This document shows, in pieces, positions 36,485 to 47,100 of a DNA stretch of 64,000 nt. The translations under genes were made by a program, and so were the position numbers. The notes under the pieces were generated by a model that saw nothing but the letters and a program-made list of their open reading frames with translations, searched no databases and had not been told where the DNA came from. Location: IMG/VR virus record IMGVR_UViG_3300037882_003354, positions 248,001-312,000 of that record, one strand, 5' to 3'. Position 1 is the stretch's first letter; the number at the start of each line of letters is the position of its first letter.

Positions 36485-37240
36485 CTACCACCGGTCCTTT
36501 TCTATGACCACTGCTTGGTCACCGTTTCTAATAAGAAACTTGTTGCCTATTTTGTTGATGTCGTAATTGCCCAGATATTTGTTTAAGAATGTCACTTGTC
36601 CGTGACTGCTCTCGTCCAGGGCCAGGTGCCCGGGCACAGTGGCCTTCACTGCATCATAATCACCAATGGACACCAACTTGGCAGTGACATCACCTGCATA
36701 CGGCTTGCTGAATGTGATGGTACTGTCTGATTCCAGCGCCACAGAGGTCGCGCCTTGGTTAAAAAATTCCTGTATGTCCTGGGTTTTGTCTTCCAGTACT
36801 ACCTGCTGGTAGTCCTGTGGTGTCATGGGCACATGTTGTGATACAGATTCCGGGCTGAAGTCCACAGTTTTGGCTGATTTATAATACTTGAATTTCCAAT
36901 CGTAGCAGTCGCACAGCTGGCTGATACCGCTCATCAGATGTTTCAGTTGTCCGGGCAATCTGGGAGTTCTTGCTATTTCTACAAACACCTGATATTGGCC
37001 ATCCATTTCCTCACCGGCACTCATGTCAGCGTCCAGGATAAATGTGTATCCTTTTTCCATGAACTCCATGAGATCAGTGGCGGGGTATTTTTCCTTGACG
37101 CGAAAACCCAATACCACCACATCCTGGTCGTCGCCCATTTTGCTCTTGTATTGATCCACTGTGAATATGTCACTGACATATTCTTTTAGATCTTTTGCTC
37201 TCAGGCCTTCTGTGAGATTATGCTGGTGTTTCTTGAGCAT
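36485..37240 (-). CDS. Hypothetical protein
   Basis: 251-aa ORF, late-gene context. Confidence 0.75.
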   Translation of the reverse strand: MLKKHQHNLTEGLRAKDLKEYVSDIFTVDQYKSKMGDDQDVVVLGFRVKEKYPATDLMEFMEKGYTFILDADMSAGEEMDGQYQVFVEIARTPRLPGQLKHLMSGISQLCDCYDWKFKYYKSAKTVDFSPESVSQHVPMTPQDYQQVVLEDKTQDIQEFFNQGATSVALESDSTITFSKPYAGDVTAKLVSIGDYDAVKATVPGHLALDESSHGQVTFLNKYLGNYDINKIGNKFLIRNGDQAVVIEKDRW

Positions 37241-37745
37241 TGTTGGGGTTCTCCTGGGCTGCTTCGTCAGCGTTCATGGTCGCACTGGGATTGTAACGCA
37301 TCAATTCGGCCATTTGAATATGATCTTTATTTTCCTTGCCAACGTAGACATCTCGCATCAATGTCTTGGGCATGATCACGGTCACTGTCCATATGGGGTG
37401 TGCATCAATCTTGCCTTTCTTGGTACCTGGGCGGTAGTCGTCAGGATCTTTGATTTTTCTGGGAATCAGCACATTCTCTTTTTTATAGATCACCTGGCAC
37501 CCGTATTCGTAGAGTCGCCGGCCACCTTCAGGATCAGGCATCTCTTTTTCAGGCCACATGAATGTGCATGACACGCTGTATCTAGAAATGTTGGGCCCGG
37601 ACACCAACTCACCCTCCTCCCAGTTTTTAAACACGTAGATATCCAGTTCGTCAAACACTCTCTCATATTCCTTGAGTGTGTTAAACGCACTATTATTTTC
37701 GCTAAGTGTTTGGAGGTTTCGAATTACGTCAAGTATATCGTGCAT
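37218..37745 (-). CDS. Hypothetical protein
   Basis: 175-aa ORF behind an ATAAATA box. Confidence 0.75.
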   Translation of the reverse strand: MHDILDVIRNLQTLSENNSAFNTLKEYERVFDELDIYVFKNWEEGELVSGPNISRYSVSCTFMWPEKEMPDPEGGRRLYEYGCQVIYKKENVLIPRKIKDPDDYRPGTKKGKIDAHPIWTVTVIMPKTLMRDVYVGKENKDHIQMAELMRYNPSATMNADEAAQENPNNAQETPA

Positions 37746-37764
37746 GATTGGTCTCTTTACTGGT

Positions 37765-37771
37765 TATTTAT
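37765..37771 (-). promoter_or_regulatory. T4-type late promoter core ATAAATA
   Basis: Upstream of 37745, heading the lysis operon. Confidence 0.55.
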
Positions 37772-37891
37772 GATTTTTTACTAGTAAAATTCTAAAATCC
37801 CACAGGGCGATTATTGGGCTGTTTCCCATACTTTTTAATTTGATGCCGTAAATACTCGTGCAGGTCGATGTTCACCAACTGGGAGGTAAAA

Positions 37892-38629
37892 TTGCCAAGA
37901 GCCAGAAGACACGAAAAATTTCAAGATCAACGAAAAGATCGAGAAGCTAGCCATACTTCGAATCAACCTGATTCGAACATCAAGAAGCAGCGTCAAGTGA
38001 TGATTGTTCCTCGGAACACGTCACAAGAGAATTATCTCGAGATGCTAAAAAACCCTAAAAAATACATTGTTTTTGCCATCGGCCCTGCCGGTACAGGTAA
38101 AACCATGATGGCTGTGCAAATGGCCATCAAATTGTACAAAGAAGGAGCGATTAAAAAAATAATCATCACACGGCCAGCTGTGTCGGTGGATGAAGAGCAT
38201 GGGTTCTTACCAGGCACCCTGAATCAAAAAATGGAGCCCTGGACACGACCCATCATGGATGTGTTTGAGGAATACTATCATCCCAAGGAAATTTCAGACA
38301 TGCTGGATGACGGCGTTATTGAAATAAGCCCCCTGGCCATGATGCGTGGCAGGACATTTAAAAATGCCTTTATCATAGCCGACGAAATTCAGAACACCAC
38401 GCCCAGTCAGATGAAAATGCTACTGACCAGAATAGGTGAAGGATCTAGGATGGCCGTGACGGGCGATTTAAATCAAGCAGATCGACCCAGAGAAAATGGA
38501 TTGCTTGACTTTACTTCCAAACTGGGAGACCATGCGTGTAAAATGATTGCTTTTGCGTATTTTACCACCAACGATATTGAAAGACACCCCGTGGTCAAGG
38601 AGATATTATCAATATACAAAGATGAATAA
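37892..38629 (+). CDS. phoH: PhoH-like ATPase
   Basis: GPAGTGKT, ITRPAV, GFLPG, MRGRTF, DEIQN, GDLNQ; start re-picked to TTG after GGAGGT. Confidence 0.93.
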   Translation: MPRARRHEKFQDQRKDREASHTSNQPDSNIKKQRQVMIVPRNTSQENYLEMLKNPKKYIVFAIGPAGTGKTMMAVQMAIKLYKEGAIKKIIITRPAVSVDEEHGFLPGTLNQKMEPWTRPIMDVFEEYYHPKEISDMLDDGVIEISPLAMMRGRTFKNAFIIADEIQNTTPSQMKMLLTRIGEGSRMAVTGDLNQADRPRENGLLDFTSKLGDHACKMIAFAYFTTNDIERHPVVKEILSIYKDE

Positions 38630-38697
38630 CATTTAACTCACACACTGAAAACAAACCGCATGAACACTCGACCTGCAATCGATCATGCGGTTTCCCA

Positions 38698-39627
38698 TCA
38701 CTGGTCCTGCAATCTGGCCAGTTTTACCAAGACTGCTGCTAGATTTATTTCAGCGTCAGCCACCAGTGTGTGGTCCACTAATCCCTGCTTGATGATCAAC
38801 AACGCAGAGTCTTTTTTCTCTTCAGTATCACCGAATAATTCCAGATTTTCGTAGAGCCAGCGAAATATACTTTCCATTTCTTCCGCCTGTGCCCTTGAGC
38901 ACAGTAATTCGCGAGCAGCCCGTATCTTGCCGGCCTTGAACAACTCCACCATTTCAATCTTGTAATCGCTGCTGTCTGAACCACCGATCGTTGGAGACAG
39001 CAACACGCCATCAGACACATTTTGTTGCACCAGGTTGATGCACTTGCGCAGATCGGGATACGCCACCTTGACGTAGGTGTCCAGGGTGTCCAGGTCAAAT
39101 TCCACGTTCTCGGTAACCAGGATGGTGGCCACTCGAGCAGTATATTCTGTCTGATCAGTCTTCTCTACATGGAACCCCTGGCACCTGCTGTGCAGTGCGG
39201 GAATAATCTTGTTGGGATAGTTACAGGTCAAGATGAATCTGCTGGTGCTGGAATATGTTTCCATGACTCCGCGCAGGATGGCCTGCGCATTGGGCGTCAT
39301 ATAATCCGCCTCGTCCAGCAGCACCACCTTGAAGGGTCCGAATGGAATCATCTGTACAAAGTTGATGATCTTGTCGCGCACCGTTTCCACATTGTTTTCA
39401 CGACTGGCATTGATCTCTAAAACATCATATTCTTCGATGCCCAGTTCATGTAGTAGAACCTTGGCCAGTGTGGTCTTGCCAATGCCTGCAGCACCAGAAA
39501 ACAACAGATGCGGTATGGACCGTTCCTTGACCCAGGACTTGACCTGTCGCTTTTGTGCTTCATCTTTGAACACATATTCTTCGATAGTATTGGGCCTATA
39601 CAACTCTGTCCAGAGTTTCTTATTCAT
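38698..39627 (-). CDS. Clamp loader small subunit (RFC/T4 gp44-like)
   Basis: WTELYRP, GAAGIGKT, EINAS, LLDEAD, FILTCNY, SRC, DLRKCIN. Confidence 0.92.
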   Translation of the reverse strand: MNKKLWTELYRPNTIEEYVFKDEAQKRQVKSWVKERSIPHLLFSGAAGIGKTTLAKVLLHELGIEEYDVLEINASRENNVETVRDKIINFVQMIPFGPFKVVLLDEADYMTPNAQAILRGVMETYSSTSRFILTCNYPNKIIPALHSRCQGFHVEKTDQTEYTARVATILVTENVEFDLDTLDTYVKVAYPDLRKCINLVQQNVSDGVLLSPTIGGSDSSDYKIEMVELFKAGKIRAARELLCSRAQAEEMESIFRWLYENLELFGDTEEKKDSALLIIKQGLVDHTLVADAEINLAAVLVKLARLQDQ

Positions 39628-39775
39628 TTTTACCTTTAATTAAAATGTTGATCATTCTTGTTCTCCACAGTCTGGCATCCGACTCGGAATCAAATCCCGG
39701 ACTGAGCTCAGTGTCGTGGTCGTTGGTTTCCACCCAGACCCAGACTTCATTCCACTCATCATGAATGAGTGTCAT
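39620..39775 (-). CDS. Small hypothetical protein
   Basis: Start re-picked to MTLIHDE. Confidence 0.45.
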   Translation of the reverse strand: MTLIHDEWNEVWVWVETNDHDTELSPGFDSESDARLWRTRMINILIKGKNE

Positions 39776-39965
39776 GTTTGAACTCCATGTGAGGTAGGAT
39801 GCAGTTGTCGAAAATTTGTGCCATGTTATTGTAGATGTGCTCTCTTTCTGAGTGCGTGGTCCCACATGCCATGACATTGCAACCAAAACCCACTGCCCTT
39901 TCTAGGCCGTAGTCGTGTCTGTAAGTATAGCACATGGACAGAATGATGTCTTCACGAGTTTTCAT
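39759..39965 (-). CDS. Small hypothetical protein
   Basis: Start re-picked to MKTRED. Confidence 0.55.
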   Translation of the reverse strand: MKTREDIILSMCYTYRHDYGLERAVGFGCNVMACGTTHSEREHIYNNMAQIFDNCILPHMEFKHDTHS

Positions 39966-40425
39966 GTTTGGATCGTTCTGCCGCTGCCACTCTTTTACGC
40001 AGGCTGCTGCTGGAGAAGCTATGGTCTCTTCCATTGAAGACAATTTCTATGCCACGTTTCTTACAGATATCTTTGCCTGTAAATTCCTGATCAGCGTATT
40101 CCACACCTAATACTCTAACATCAACTGGTAAAATTAGCAATAGATCTTCAAGATCTTTTTCAGTCTGATAGACCACCACTTCGTCCACATTACGATTGGT
40201 GGCCAACTGAATTTGTCGCTCCACTATGCTCTGTATGGGAGCATTTTTAGTTGTGGGCCTGTCTATGGTGGGGTCTGTTTGTAGCGCAGCAATCAGGTAA
40301 TCGCAGTGGTTTCTCGCTTCGGCCAGCATGGCTATGTGACCAGAGTGAAAAAGATCAAATGCAGAAAACACGATGCCAATTTTAAACCCTTCTTGTTTGA
40401 GTTGTTTGACCTTGTTGAATATCAC
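39952..40425 (-). CDS. HxGH nucleotidyltransferase (TagD / RfaE domain II-like)
   Basis: SAFDLFHSGH, VDEVVVY, GVEY, FSSSSLR. Confidence 0.88.
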   Translation of the reverse strand: MIFNKVKQLKQEGFKIGIVFSAFDLFHSGHIAMLAEARNHCDYLIAALQTDPTIDRPTTKNAPIQSIVERQIQLATNRNVDEVVVYQTEKDLEDLLLILPVDVRVLGVEYADQEFTGKDICKKRGIEIVFNGRDHSFSSSSLRKRVAAAERSKHENS

Positions 40426-40455
40426 AGTTGTATGTCCTTACATCTTTTCACCGCA

Positions 40456-40788
40456 TCAGGCACGATACAGCATGTGTGGTTTTGCGTCGGCACTCATCAG
40501 GACTGCCTGGTTGTCCACCATACGAACTTCCATGCAGTCACCAGATGCAGTCTCCACTTGGATGGTGCGAGTCCAGCGCCCATGTTCGATCAAAATCCAT
40601 TGACCCACGGTGACGTCTTGTTGCTCAGGACCCACGGCCCACACCTGCGCCCATCTGGGAACAATGCCTTCAGCCTTGCCATCAGAGCTGGCAATAAAAA
40701 TACCACCTGAGGTTTTTTGCTCACCAAAGTCCATGTCACTGACCAGCACCTTGTCTCCCAGCGGTCGTACCGTACCTTGAACTTTCAT
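40456..40788 (-). CDS. groES: Co-chaperonin GroES
   Basis: VRPLGDKVLV, TSGGIFI, VWAVGP, VTVGQ. Confidence 0.85.
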   Translation of the reverse strand: MKVQGTVRPLGDKVLVSDMDFGEQKTSGGIFIASSDGKAEGIVPRWAQVWAVGPEQQDVTVGQWILIEHGRWTRTIQVETASGDCMEVRMVDNQAVLMSADAKPHMLYRA

Positions 40789-41061
40789 TTATTCTCCTGC
40801 CTGGGAGGATTTTTTAGGCTTGTTGACTTCTGCCTGTTCTGTGGACTTGATCACTGGGGTGGATCGCATGACCTGTGCTTGCGGATTGTCTTCGTAGTAA
40901 TCTGACACCACGTCTTCTCGCTTGCGAATGATCTTACCGCCAGGGCCCAGCTCGTCCCCCCTCGCATTAACTTTCATATTTCCAATCGCCGGCATTAACT
41001 CATTCTTCTTGATTAATTTTTCTAGATCGATTTCTTTACCTTGCATTGTTCTGTATACCAT
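40789..41061 (-). CDS. Hypothetical protein
   Basis: 90-aa ORF with GGAG upstream. Confidence 0.7.
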   Translation of the reverse strand: MVYRTMQGKEIDLEKLIKKNELMPAIGNMKVNARGDELGPGGKIIRKREDVVSDYYEDNPQAQVMRSTPVIKSTEQAEVNKPKKSSQAGE

Positions 41062-41071
41062 GATGGTCTCC

Positions 41072-41593
41072 TTATTTTAAAAACTCTTTGATATCAAGTT
41101 CGTACTTGATACTGTCCACTTTGTGCACGCCCATGAGGTATAGACAGTAGCTGGCCACTGAACTGCCACGGCCCACACCCCACACGATACCATGTGCTCG
41201 CATGGTATCCACTAGATATTTAAGATATACCAACAGGTCGTACATGCCATACTGAACAAACATTTCCAATTCTTGGTTGACTCGTGCGCGTTGTTGATCG
41301 GTGGTGCACTGATCGTACAACCATTCCACCAGAGGGAATTCTCCATAGTGTTGGGGCATGAACCAGTGTGCTTGGTTGGTCTGATCAAACTCCCGCTGAC
41401 TGATCATGATGTCGGACAGCGTGTGCAATCTGGGCATTCGATCAGCATTGATCTCGCATGCTTGATTGTATTGATCGATCACAGGCAGGTCATCCACATA
41501 TACCCCCCGCAGATCATGGATCTTGCTGTGGTATAATGCCGTAAATGCTTCTGACTCTGTTATGGATACGCGACTGTAATCGTCAATTTTCAC
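41072..41593 (-). CDS. DNA polymerase III alpha (DnaE)-like fragment
   Basis: RVNQEL...WGVGRGSSVASYCLYLMGVHKVDSIKYELDIKEFL matches the DnaE GPGRGS...GIT.IDP...FERFL segment. Confidence 0.75.
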   Translation of the reverse strand: MKIDDYSRVSITESEAFTALYHSKIHDLRGVYVDDLPVIDQYNQACEINADRMPRLHTLSDIMISQREFDQTNQAHWFMPQHYGEFPLVEWLYDQCTTDQQRARVNQELEMFVQYGMYDLLVYLKYLVDTMRAHGIVWGVGRGSSVASYCLYLMGVHKVDSIKYELDIKEFLK

Positions 41594-42140
41594 TCAATCC
41601 GCCTCTGATGACTCGTGGTTCGAATCCAGTGCTGTCGCTGATGTCCAGTTCGGCCCAGGATTTGTTGGTGCTGCCGGATCCTGTGTCGGTGGAATCTGAG
41701 TTCCACCAATGATCGCCTGCGAGTTCCAAATCAGCATCTTCAGGATCCACAATAGCATATTGTATGCGGTCGCCTATTGGGCTGTCAATGACCAGTTGAA
41801 TTATTTCAAAATACTTTTCAGCCAACACTGAAAACTTTCTGAGCAGTATGGAACCCAGGTAGAAATCGTAGGGATCCGTGGGCATGTGCACTATATTGGT
41901 GTCCAGCGATTTCAAGGTTTCAATCATGGCGCTGTCCTGATTGACAATCACGCTGTTGTGCAGATGATTTTCCACAAAATACCTGATCTTCTTGAAGCCA
42001 GTGACTATGTTGCTCTGCGCGTCACCGTTGGGTTCGATGCTGATACGAATGTTATAATGGTTGGGCAACATGCAATTTTCTATCACCAGGGTGCAACTGA
42101 AATCCACGGGCCATACCACGTCTTCTGAGTTAATTGACAT
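41583..42140 (-). CDS. Hypothetical protein
   Basis: 185-aa ORF in the operon. Confidence 0.7.
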   Translation of the reverse strand: MSINSEDVVWPVDFSCTLVIENCMLPNHYNIRISIEPNGDAQSNIVTGFKKIRYFVENHLHNSVIVNQDSAMIETLKSLDTNIVHMPTDPYDFYLGSILLRKFSVLAEKYFEIIQLVIDSPIGDRIQYAIVDPEDADLELAGDHWWNSDSTDTGSGSTNKSWAELDISDSTGFEPRVIRGGLSEN

Positions 42141-42372
42141 TGATTAAATCGTCCAATCCTTTTTCTTGTTTGTTGACCATGACTTTGTTGGTTTGCTTGT
42201 ATCGTTGCTGTTGTTCGGTCTTGTAGACTTCCAGAGCCATGATGATCTGTTGACACATGCCACCCTGTCCCAACCGGGCAGCCATGTGATACTTTTTACT
42301 CAGATCCTGGATCTTCTCCTCCAGATCTTTGTCTTTTAACTTGCCGGGATTGGCTAACAATGGGTGAAACAT
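42130..42372 (-). CDS. Hypothetical protein
   Basis: 80-aa helical ORF. Confidence 0.7.
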   Translation of the reverse strand: MFHPLLANPGKLKDKDLEEKIQDLSKKYHMAARLGQGGMCQQIIMALEVYKTEQQQRYKQTNKVMVNKQEKGLDDLINVN

Positions 42373-42378
42373 TGATGG

Positions 42379-44145
42379 TCAACCGGTGGTTTTCATTATG
42401 TAGAGCAGGGCATAGTACTGCGGCACAGTGGCCACGCTGTGCGTGTGTGCTATGGTATGATTGTGCGGTTGCCCGCCGCCAGTGCCACCGATCTGCTGCC
42501 CATCAAGCGACCCTGCGCTGCCGGTATATCCCGCATAACTGATGATCTGACTTGCATCCCTTACAAATCCCCCAACTCCATCGGTGGCAGTAACACCTGT
42601 ATCGCCAGAAAGATACGGATGGCTGTGCAGCGGCATCTGATCGATGGTCAGTGTGGTATCGCCGGTGTTGCTTGCACTGGAGGCACCGGTCGAGGTGGAT
42701 GCATGACCACCTATACTGGTTGCTGCATATATACCGCTGGTGACAGTGGTGGCAGCGACTATGAATTTCCCCCTCAGGTCCGGGGTATCGTTCAGGCCAT
42801 CGCACACAGCCCAGCCCGGGGGAATTGACGCCTTGGTGGCCCCAGACCACATGATGATGGTTCCACGGGGTAAAATGTCATGCACAAATTCTGTGGTGGC
42901 CAGGGAGAGGCTGTTATTTTCCACTGGCAGCGTCTGTGTGGCCACAGGGGATCCTGAACCATCAAGTGCATTGAATTTGGCCCAGGTGTTTCCACCTGCA
43001 GCAAAGTCAGCAACTGCTATGTATAGAGCAGTTGAATCGGCTGCCACTTGGCCCCTAAGGTCCCCCGGTCGACCCCTGGGCACATTTGTAGGAACCCCTG
43101 TCACCAGGTTGAGCAATTCCGGTTGGCCTGGAAATCTGGGGTTGGTAAAAATCATGTTGGGCTGGGTGGAATACGGAGTTGTTAATAGATTTGAATCAAA
43201 CTCTGTGGTGGTCACCTTGTCACCATCCAGGTCCAGGCTCAGCACTGTAAATGTTGCGGTAAGTGAGGTAGAATTGAACAGAAACTTGGCGTTCAGCCGG
43301 ATGCCCTCAATGCTGGTCACTGCGAATTGGGTGGATGTGCTGCTGTTAACATCAGACTGCAGATCGTTGACAACACCCAAAAATTTGGTAGACACCTGAT
43401 TGGGCAACAACGCCAGGTTTCCAGCCGACGATGTGGATATGTTGGTCACCACAGTGAAATACGTGGTAGTTGACTGTTCTGTGGTGAATATGTTGGAACC
43501 CAATTGCAGACTGGTGGTGGCAGTCACACGGTTGCCCTTGACCAAATCAGAATTAACGTTGGTGGTGCTAGTGATGGAATCAAGTATTTGTCCATTGACC
43601 TTCCTGACAAACAGGTTTTCACTGGTGCCATCACTGTGGATTTCGAACAGCACAGGCACACCTGTGATGAGTTTGATGGGCAAGGGCTCTGAGCTCAAAT
43701 TCACCACGTTGACTCCCAGGAAGTCCACGTCTGTGTCATACGGAGTGCTCTTGGATATGGCCAGCGTGAGGTTGCCTGATTTGTTGTCTCCGGGCCAGTT
43801 GCTCACGGTGATGCGGTGTGTGCCCTGACCCACGCTGATTTTCTGATAGCTGCCATTGCGGTAGTCCACAGTCAGGTCGCCAGCACTGCTCACTGATTCA
43901 TTATCATACACAAATGTCGAGCAATTCTTAAATTGAGCCTGCGTGACCAGACTTTGTCCAAAATCGTTGTCTTGGTTCAATCGCACCAGGTTGGTTTGCA
44001 GGTCGGTGATTTCGTCATTGGCCGTGTTCAGTGCCAGGGCAATGTTTTTATAGTTGTCCCTGAATCCCTGGCTGTCATTGTCCACCCCGGGCAAGGGGTA
44101 GTTCTGATTGATTTTGTTGATGTAATTACTGGTTGTACTGGACAA
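42379..44145 (-). CDS. Tail fibre / structural protein with phage tail-collar domain
   Basis: PRGTIIMWSG...IPPGWAVCDG...PDLRGKF; HTH-type His repeats; PQYYALLYIMK end. Confidence 0.85.
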   Translation of the reverse strand: MSSTTSNYINKINQNYPLPGVDNDSQGFRDNYKNIALALNTANDEITDLQTNLVRLNQDNDFGQSLVTQAQFKNCSTFVYDNESVSSAGDLTVDYRNGSYQKISVGQGTHRITVSNWPGDNKSGNLTLAISKSTPYDTDVDFLGVNVVNLSSEPLPIKLITGVPVLFEIHSDGTSENLFVRKVNGQILDSITSTTNVNSDLVKGNRVTATTSLQLGSNIFTTEQSTTTYFTVVTNISTSSAGNLALLPNQVSTKFLGVVNDLQSDVNSSTSTQFAVTSIEGIRLNAKFLFNSTSLTATFTVLSLDLDGDKVTTTEFDSNLLTTPYSTQPNMIFTNPRFPGQPELLNLVTGVPTNVPRGRPGDLRGQVAADSTALYIAVADFAAGGNTWAKFNALDGSGSPVATQTLPVENNSLSLATTEFVHDILPRGTIIMWSGATKASIPPGWAVCDGLNDTPDLRGKFIVAATTVTSGIYAATSIGGHASTSTGASSASNTGDTTLTIDQMPLHSHPYLSGDTGVTATDGVGGFVRDASQIISYAGYTGSAGSLDGQQIGGTGGGQPHNHTIAHTHSVATVPQYYALLYIMKTTG

Positions 44146-44172
44146 TTTCTGGCTCCGTGATCGTTATATGAC

Positions 44173-44179
44173 TATTTAT
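44173..44179 (-). promoter_or_regulatory. T4-type late promoter core ATAAATA
   Basis: Upstream of 44145. Confidence 0.55.
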
Positions 44180-44189
44180 TGATGGAATT

Positions 44190-47100
44190 TCAGGAGAACT
44201 TTTTCTTAAACTCTTCAAATTCTTTGCTGAGTTCCTTGATGGCCTCCACCAACAAAGGCACCACCTTCTCGTACTGAATGGTCCGGTAGTTCTCACCTGA
44301 CTTGCTGTCACCGTTTTCATCACTATCAAACGGAGCCAACTTGACTGCCTCCGGCAATACAGCTTCCAATTCGTCGGCAAATAATCCAACTATGGATTCA
44401 TCAGTGGAGAACCCCAGCTGTTCAGCCAATTGATTGGGAGTGTACCGGATGCCAGTCAGGGCCCTGACCTTGGTCACAGCATCAGTAATCACACAAACAT
44501 TGGTTTTCAATCTACGATCTGAAAAGAATGCTGTGATGTCACCCGTAGTTGTCAAAGCACCACTAAATTCATGACATTTTGCAACATACGGAATAGTACC
44601 TTCATCGATTGTGGCTGCGTTAGTTCCGACAAATCCAATGTAGCCCTGTCTTACTCCACCGCTGTGCGGGAAAAATTCAACATATCCAGACTTTGCACTA
44701 GTGCCAGTGCGTAGAGTTAAGAATCCGTTAGTTGTGCCAACCTGCGTGGTCAGCAATGTGGCATTTAGTGTGCCAGCAGTGCCAGACGCAGCAGCACCAA
44801 TTCCCACGCTGGTAAATTGCAGGCTGCTGGTGCTGTTGATGCACAATATGCCAGTGCTGTCCACCCGGATGCGCTCTGCAGTACCAGCGCCAATCAACAC
44901 AGTGCTTGACAATCCATTCGAACCAATTAATGCACCAATGACAGTGTTATTGATACCAGTGGTTATTGCACAACCAGCACAGTATCCAATGCCAATATTG
45001 CGGGATCCGATGGTATTACTCACGAGCGCATTCCATCCAACGGCAGTGTTGTCAACCCCACTGGTGTTGGCGTTCAAGGCACAGGCACCTATTGCTGTGT
45101 TTGTAATACCAGTGATGTTGCACTGGAGTGCATAACTACCCACTGCGGTGTTTAAGCCACCATTTGTGTTTCTAAAGAGCGTATCGTTGCCAACGGCTGT
45201 GTTGCATCCGCCACCGGTATTCTGCACAAGCGCACCAACTCCCAGGCCTGTATTGTAGCAGCCGACAATGTTGCATTTGAGTGTACCATACCCAATGGCC
45301 ACGTTATTAACACCGCCAGAGTTGCAGTAGAGTGCACCGACACCTTGTGCGGTGTTTCCACAGCCGTTAATGTTGAAGTATAGTGCACAAGCGCCAATAG
45401 CTGTATTGTTGTTGCCATATCCAGAGGGGCCAGGGCTGTTGTTGGAGAAAAGCGCATTATGACCCACGGCAGTGTTGTAGCTGTTTTCTATGGCGTTTGA
45501 TAGCGCACCAGTGCCCACAGCCAAGTTGCCCCAGCCGGTGGTGTTGGCAGCCATGGCAAGGGCACCTATGGCCACATTGCCGTCGGTAGTGTTTTGCCTA
45601 AGCGCAAAACAACCTATTGCGATATTACTGCAACCGATAATATTGTTAGAAAGTGCATTATATCCCACTGCAAAGTTGTTGTTGCCAATAGTATTTTTAC
45701 CCAGTGAACTGGTGCCCTGTGCAAAGTTATTGCAACCAGTGGTGTTGTTGACCAGTGCATGGCATCCAGCTGCAAAATTATAGCAACCAGTCTGTGTCTT
45801 GTTACCGGCACAGCAACCTATGCCCACGTTGCCCAGTCCAGTGGTGTAGCCGAACACTGATCCCAGGCTGGTGGGAGTGGCCAGGGTGCTGGCGGCACTA
45901 CTACCCACATATCCTGCCGCTGACGAACCAGTGTAACCTGTACTTCCGATGTATCCAGGATCACCCCTGGAGCCCACCCATCCCACCGATCCAGTGTATC
46001 CCTGACTGCCCACATAGCCACTACTGCCGGTGTAACCAATGCTGCCAGTGTATCCACGACTGCCAGTATATCCATTACTGCCGTTATAACCAACGTCACC
46101 CCGACTGCCGGTGTAACCCAGAACTCCCGATCCCGCATATCCAGTGGACGCTGATCCGGTGTAGCCAATGAGGCCACGACTGCCTGTGTATCCCAGCACA
46201 CCCGATCCCACATATCCCGTGGCAGCTGAGCCGGTGTAACCCACGCTGCCCTGGTATCCCACTCCTATGGAACCAGTGTATCCCAGTACAGCCGATCCCA
46301 CATATCCAGCACCGGCGGAGCCAGTATAACCCAGGCTACCACTATATCCAAATCCTGTGGAACCAGTGTAACCCAGACTGCCGGTGTATCCCTGTGTTCC
46401 TGAACCAGTGTAGCCAATGCCCTGCGAACCAGCATAACCCGCGCTGCCGCTGTATCCTATGCCCGACGAACCAGCATAACCGCGACTGCCAATGTAGCCA
46501 ATGCTGCCAGTGTAACCAATTGATCCAGTGAAGCCAACACCCTGTGAACCAGCGTATCCTGAACTGCCAGTGTAACCTTGAGCGCCCGATCCTGTGTAGC
46601 CAACACCTTGTGAACCAGTGTAACCCTGGCTACCAGTGTAACCTTGGGCGCCCGATCCTGTGTACCCAAGCAGACCGCGACTGCCCACGTAGCCCACGCT
46701 GCCGGTGTAGCCCAGCACACTGGAACCGGAATATCCAATGCCCTGTGAACCGGTATATCCTGAACTGCCAGTGTAACCCTGTGGGCCCTGTACATTGCTT
46801 GCCGAGCCGGTGTATCCTATGCTGCCCACGTACCCTCGGCTGCCCGAGTAACCAGATGGTCCCACAATTTTACCAACATCAGAAAATCCTGACACATTAC
46901 CCGGAGCAGTGGCATTGGAGTAGACCCATAAATTACCCGAATTCGCAGCAATATATCCATCGCCAATATTGATGGGACCAACGATGCTGGCGAACTGGCT
47001 GGTGGTGGCTTCAGTCACACTGCCCTTGATGTTGAGGCCAGAGCCCAGGGAACCAGTGTACCCAAAATCACCTCTAGAGCCACGACTGCCCACATATCCC

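Noticed and set aside
37892-38629. PhoH as a novelty
   Set aside because: PhoH is common in large phages; nothing unusual beyond its divergent orientation
41583-42140. Second QueD-like T-fold protein
   Set aside because: Only a vague pattern similarity (NHYNIRISI...FKKI..FVE..LHNS); no HxH or catalytic Cys/Glu could be placed confidently
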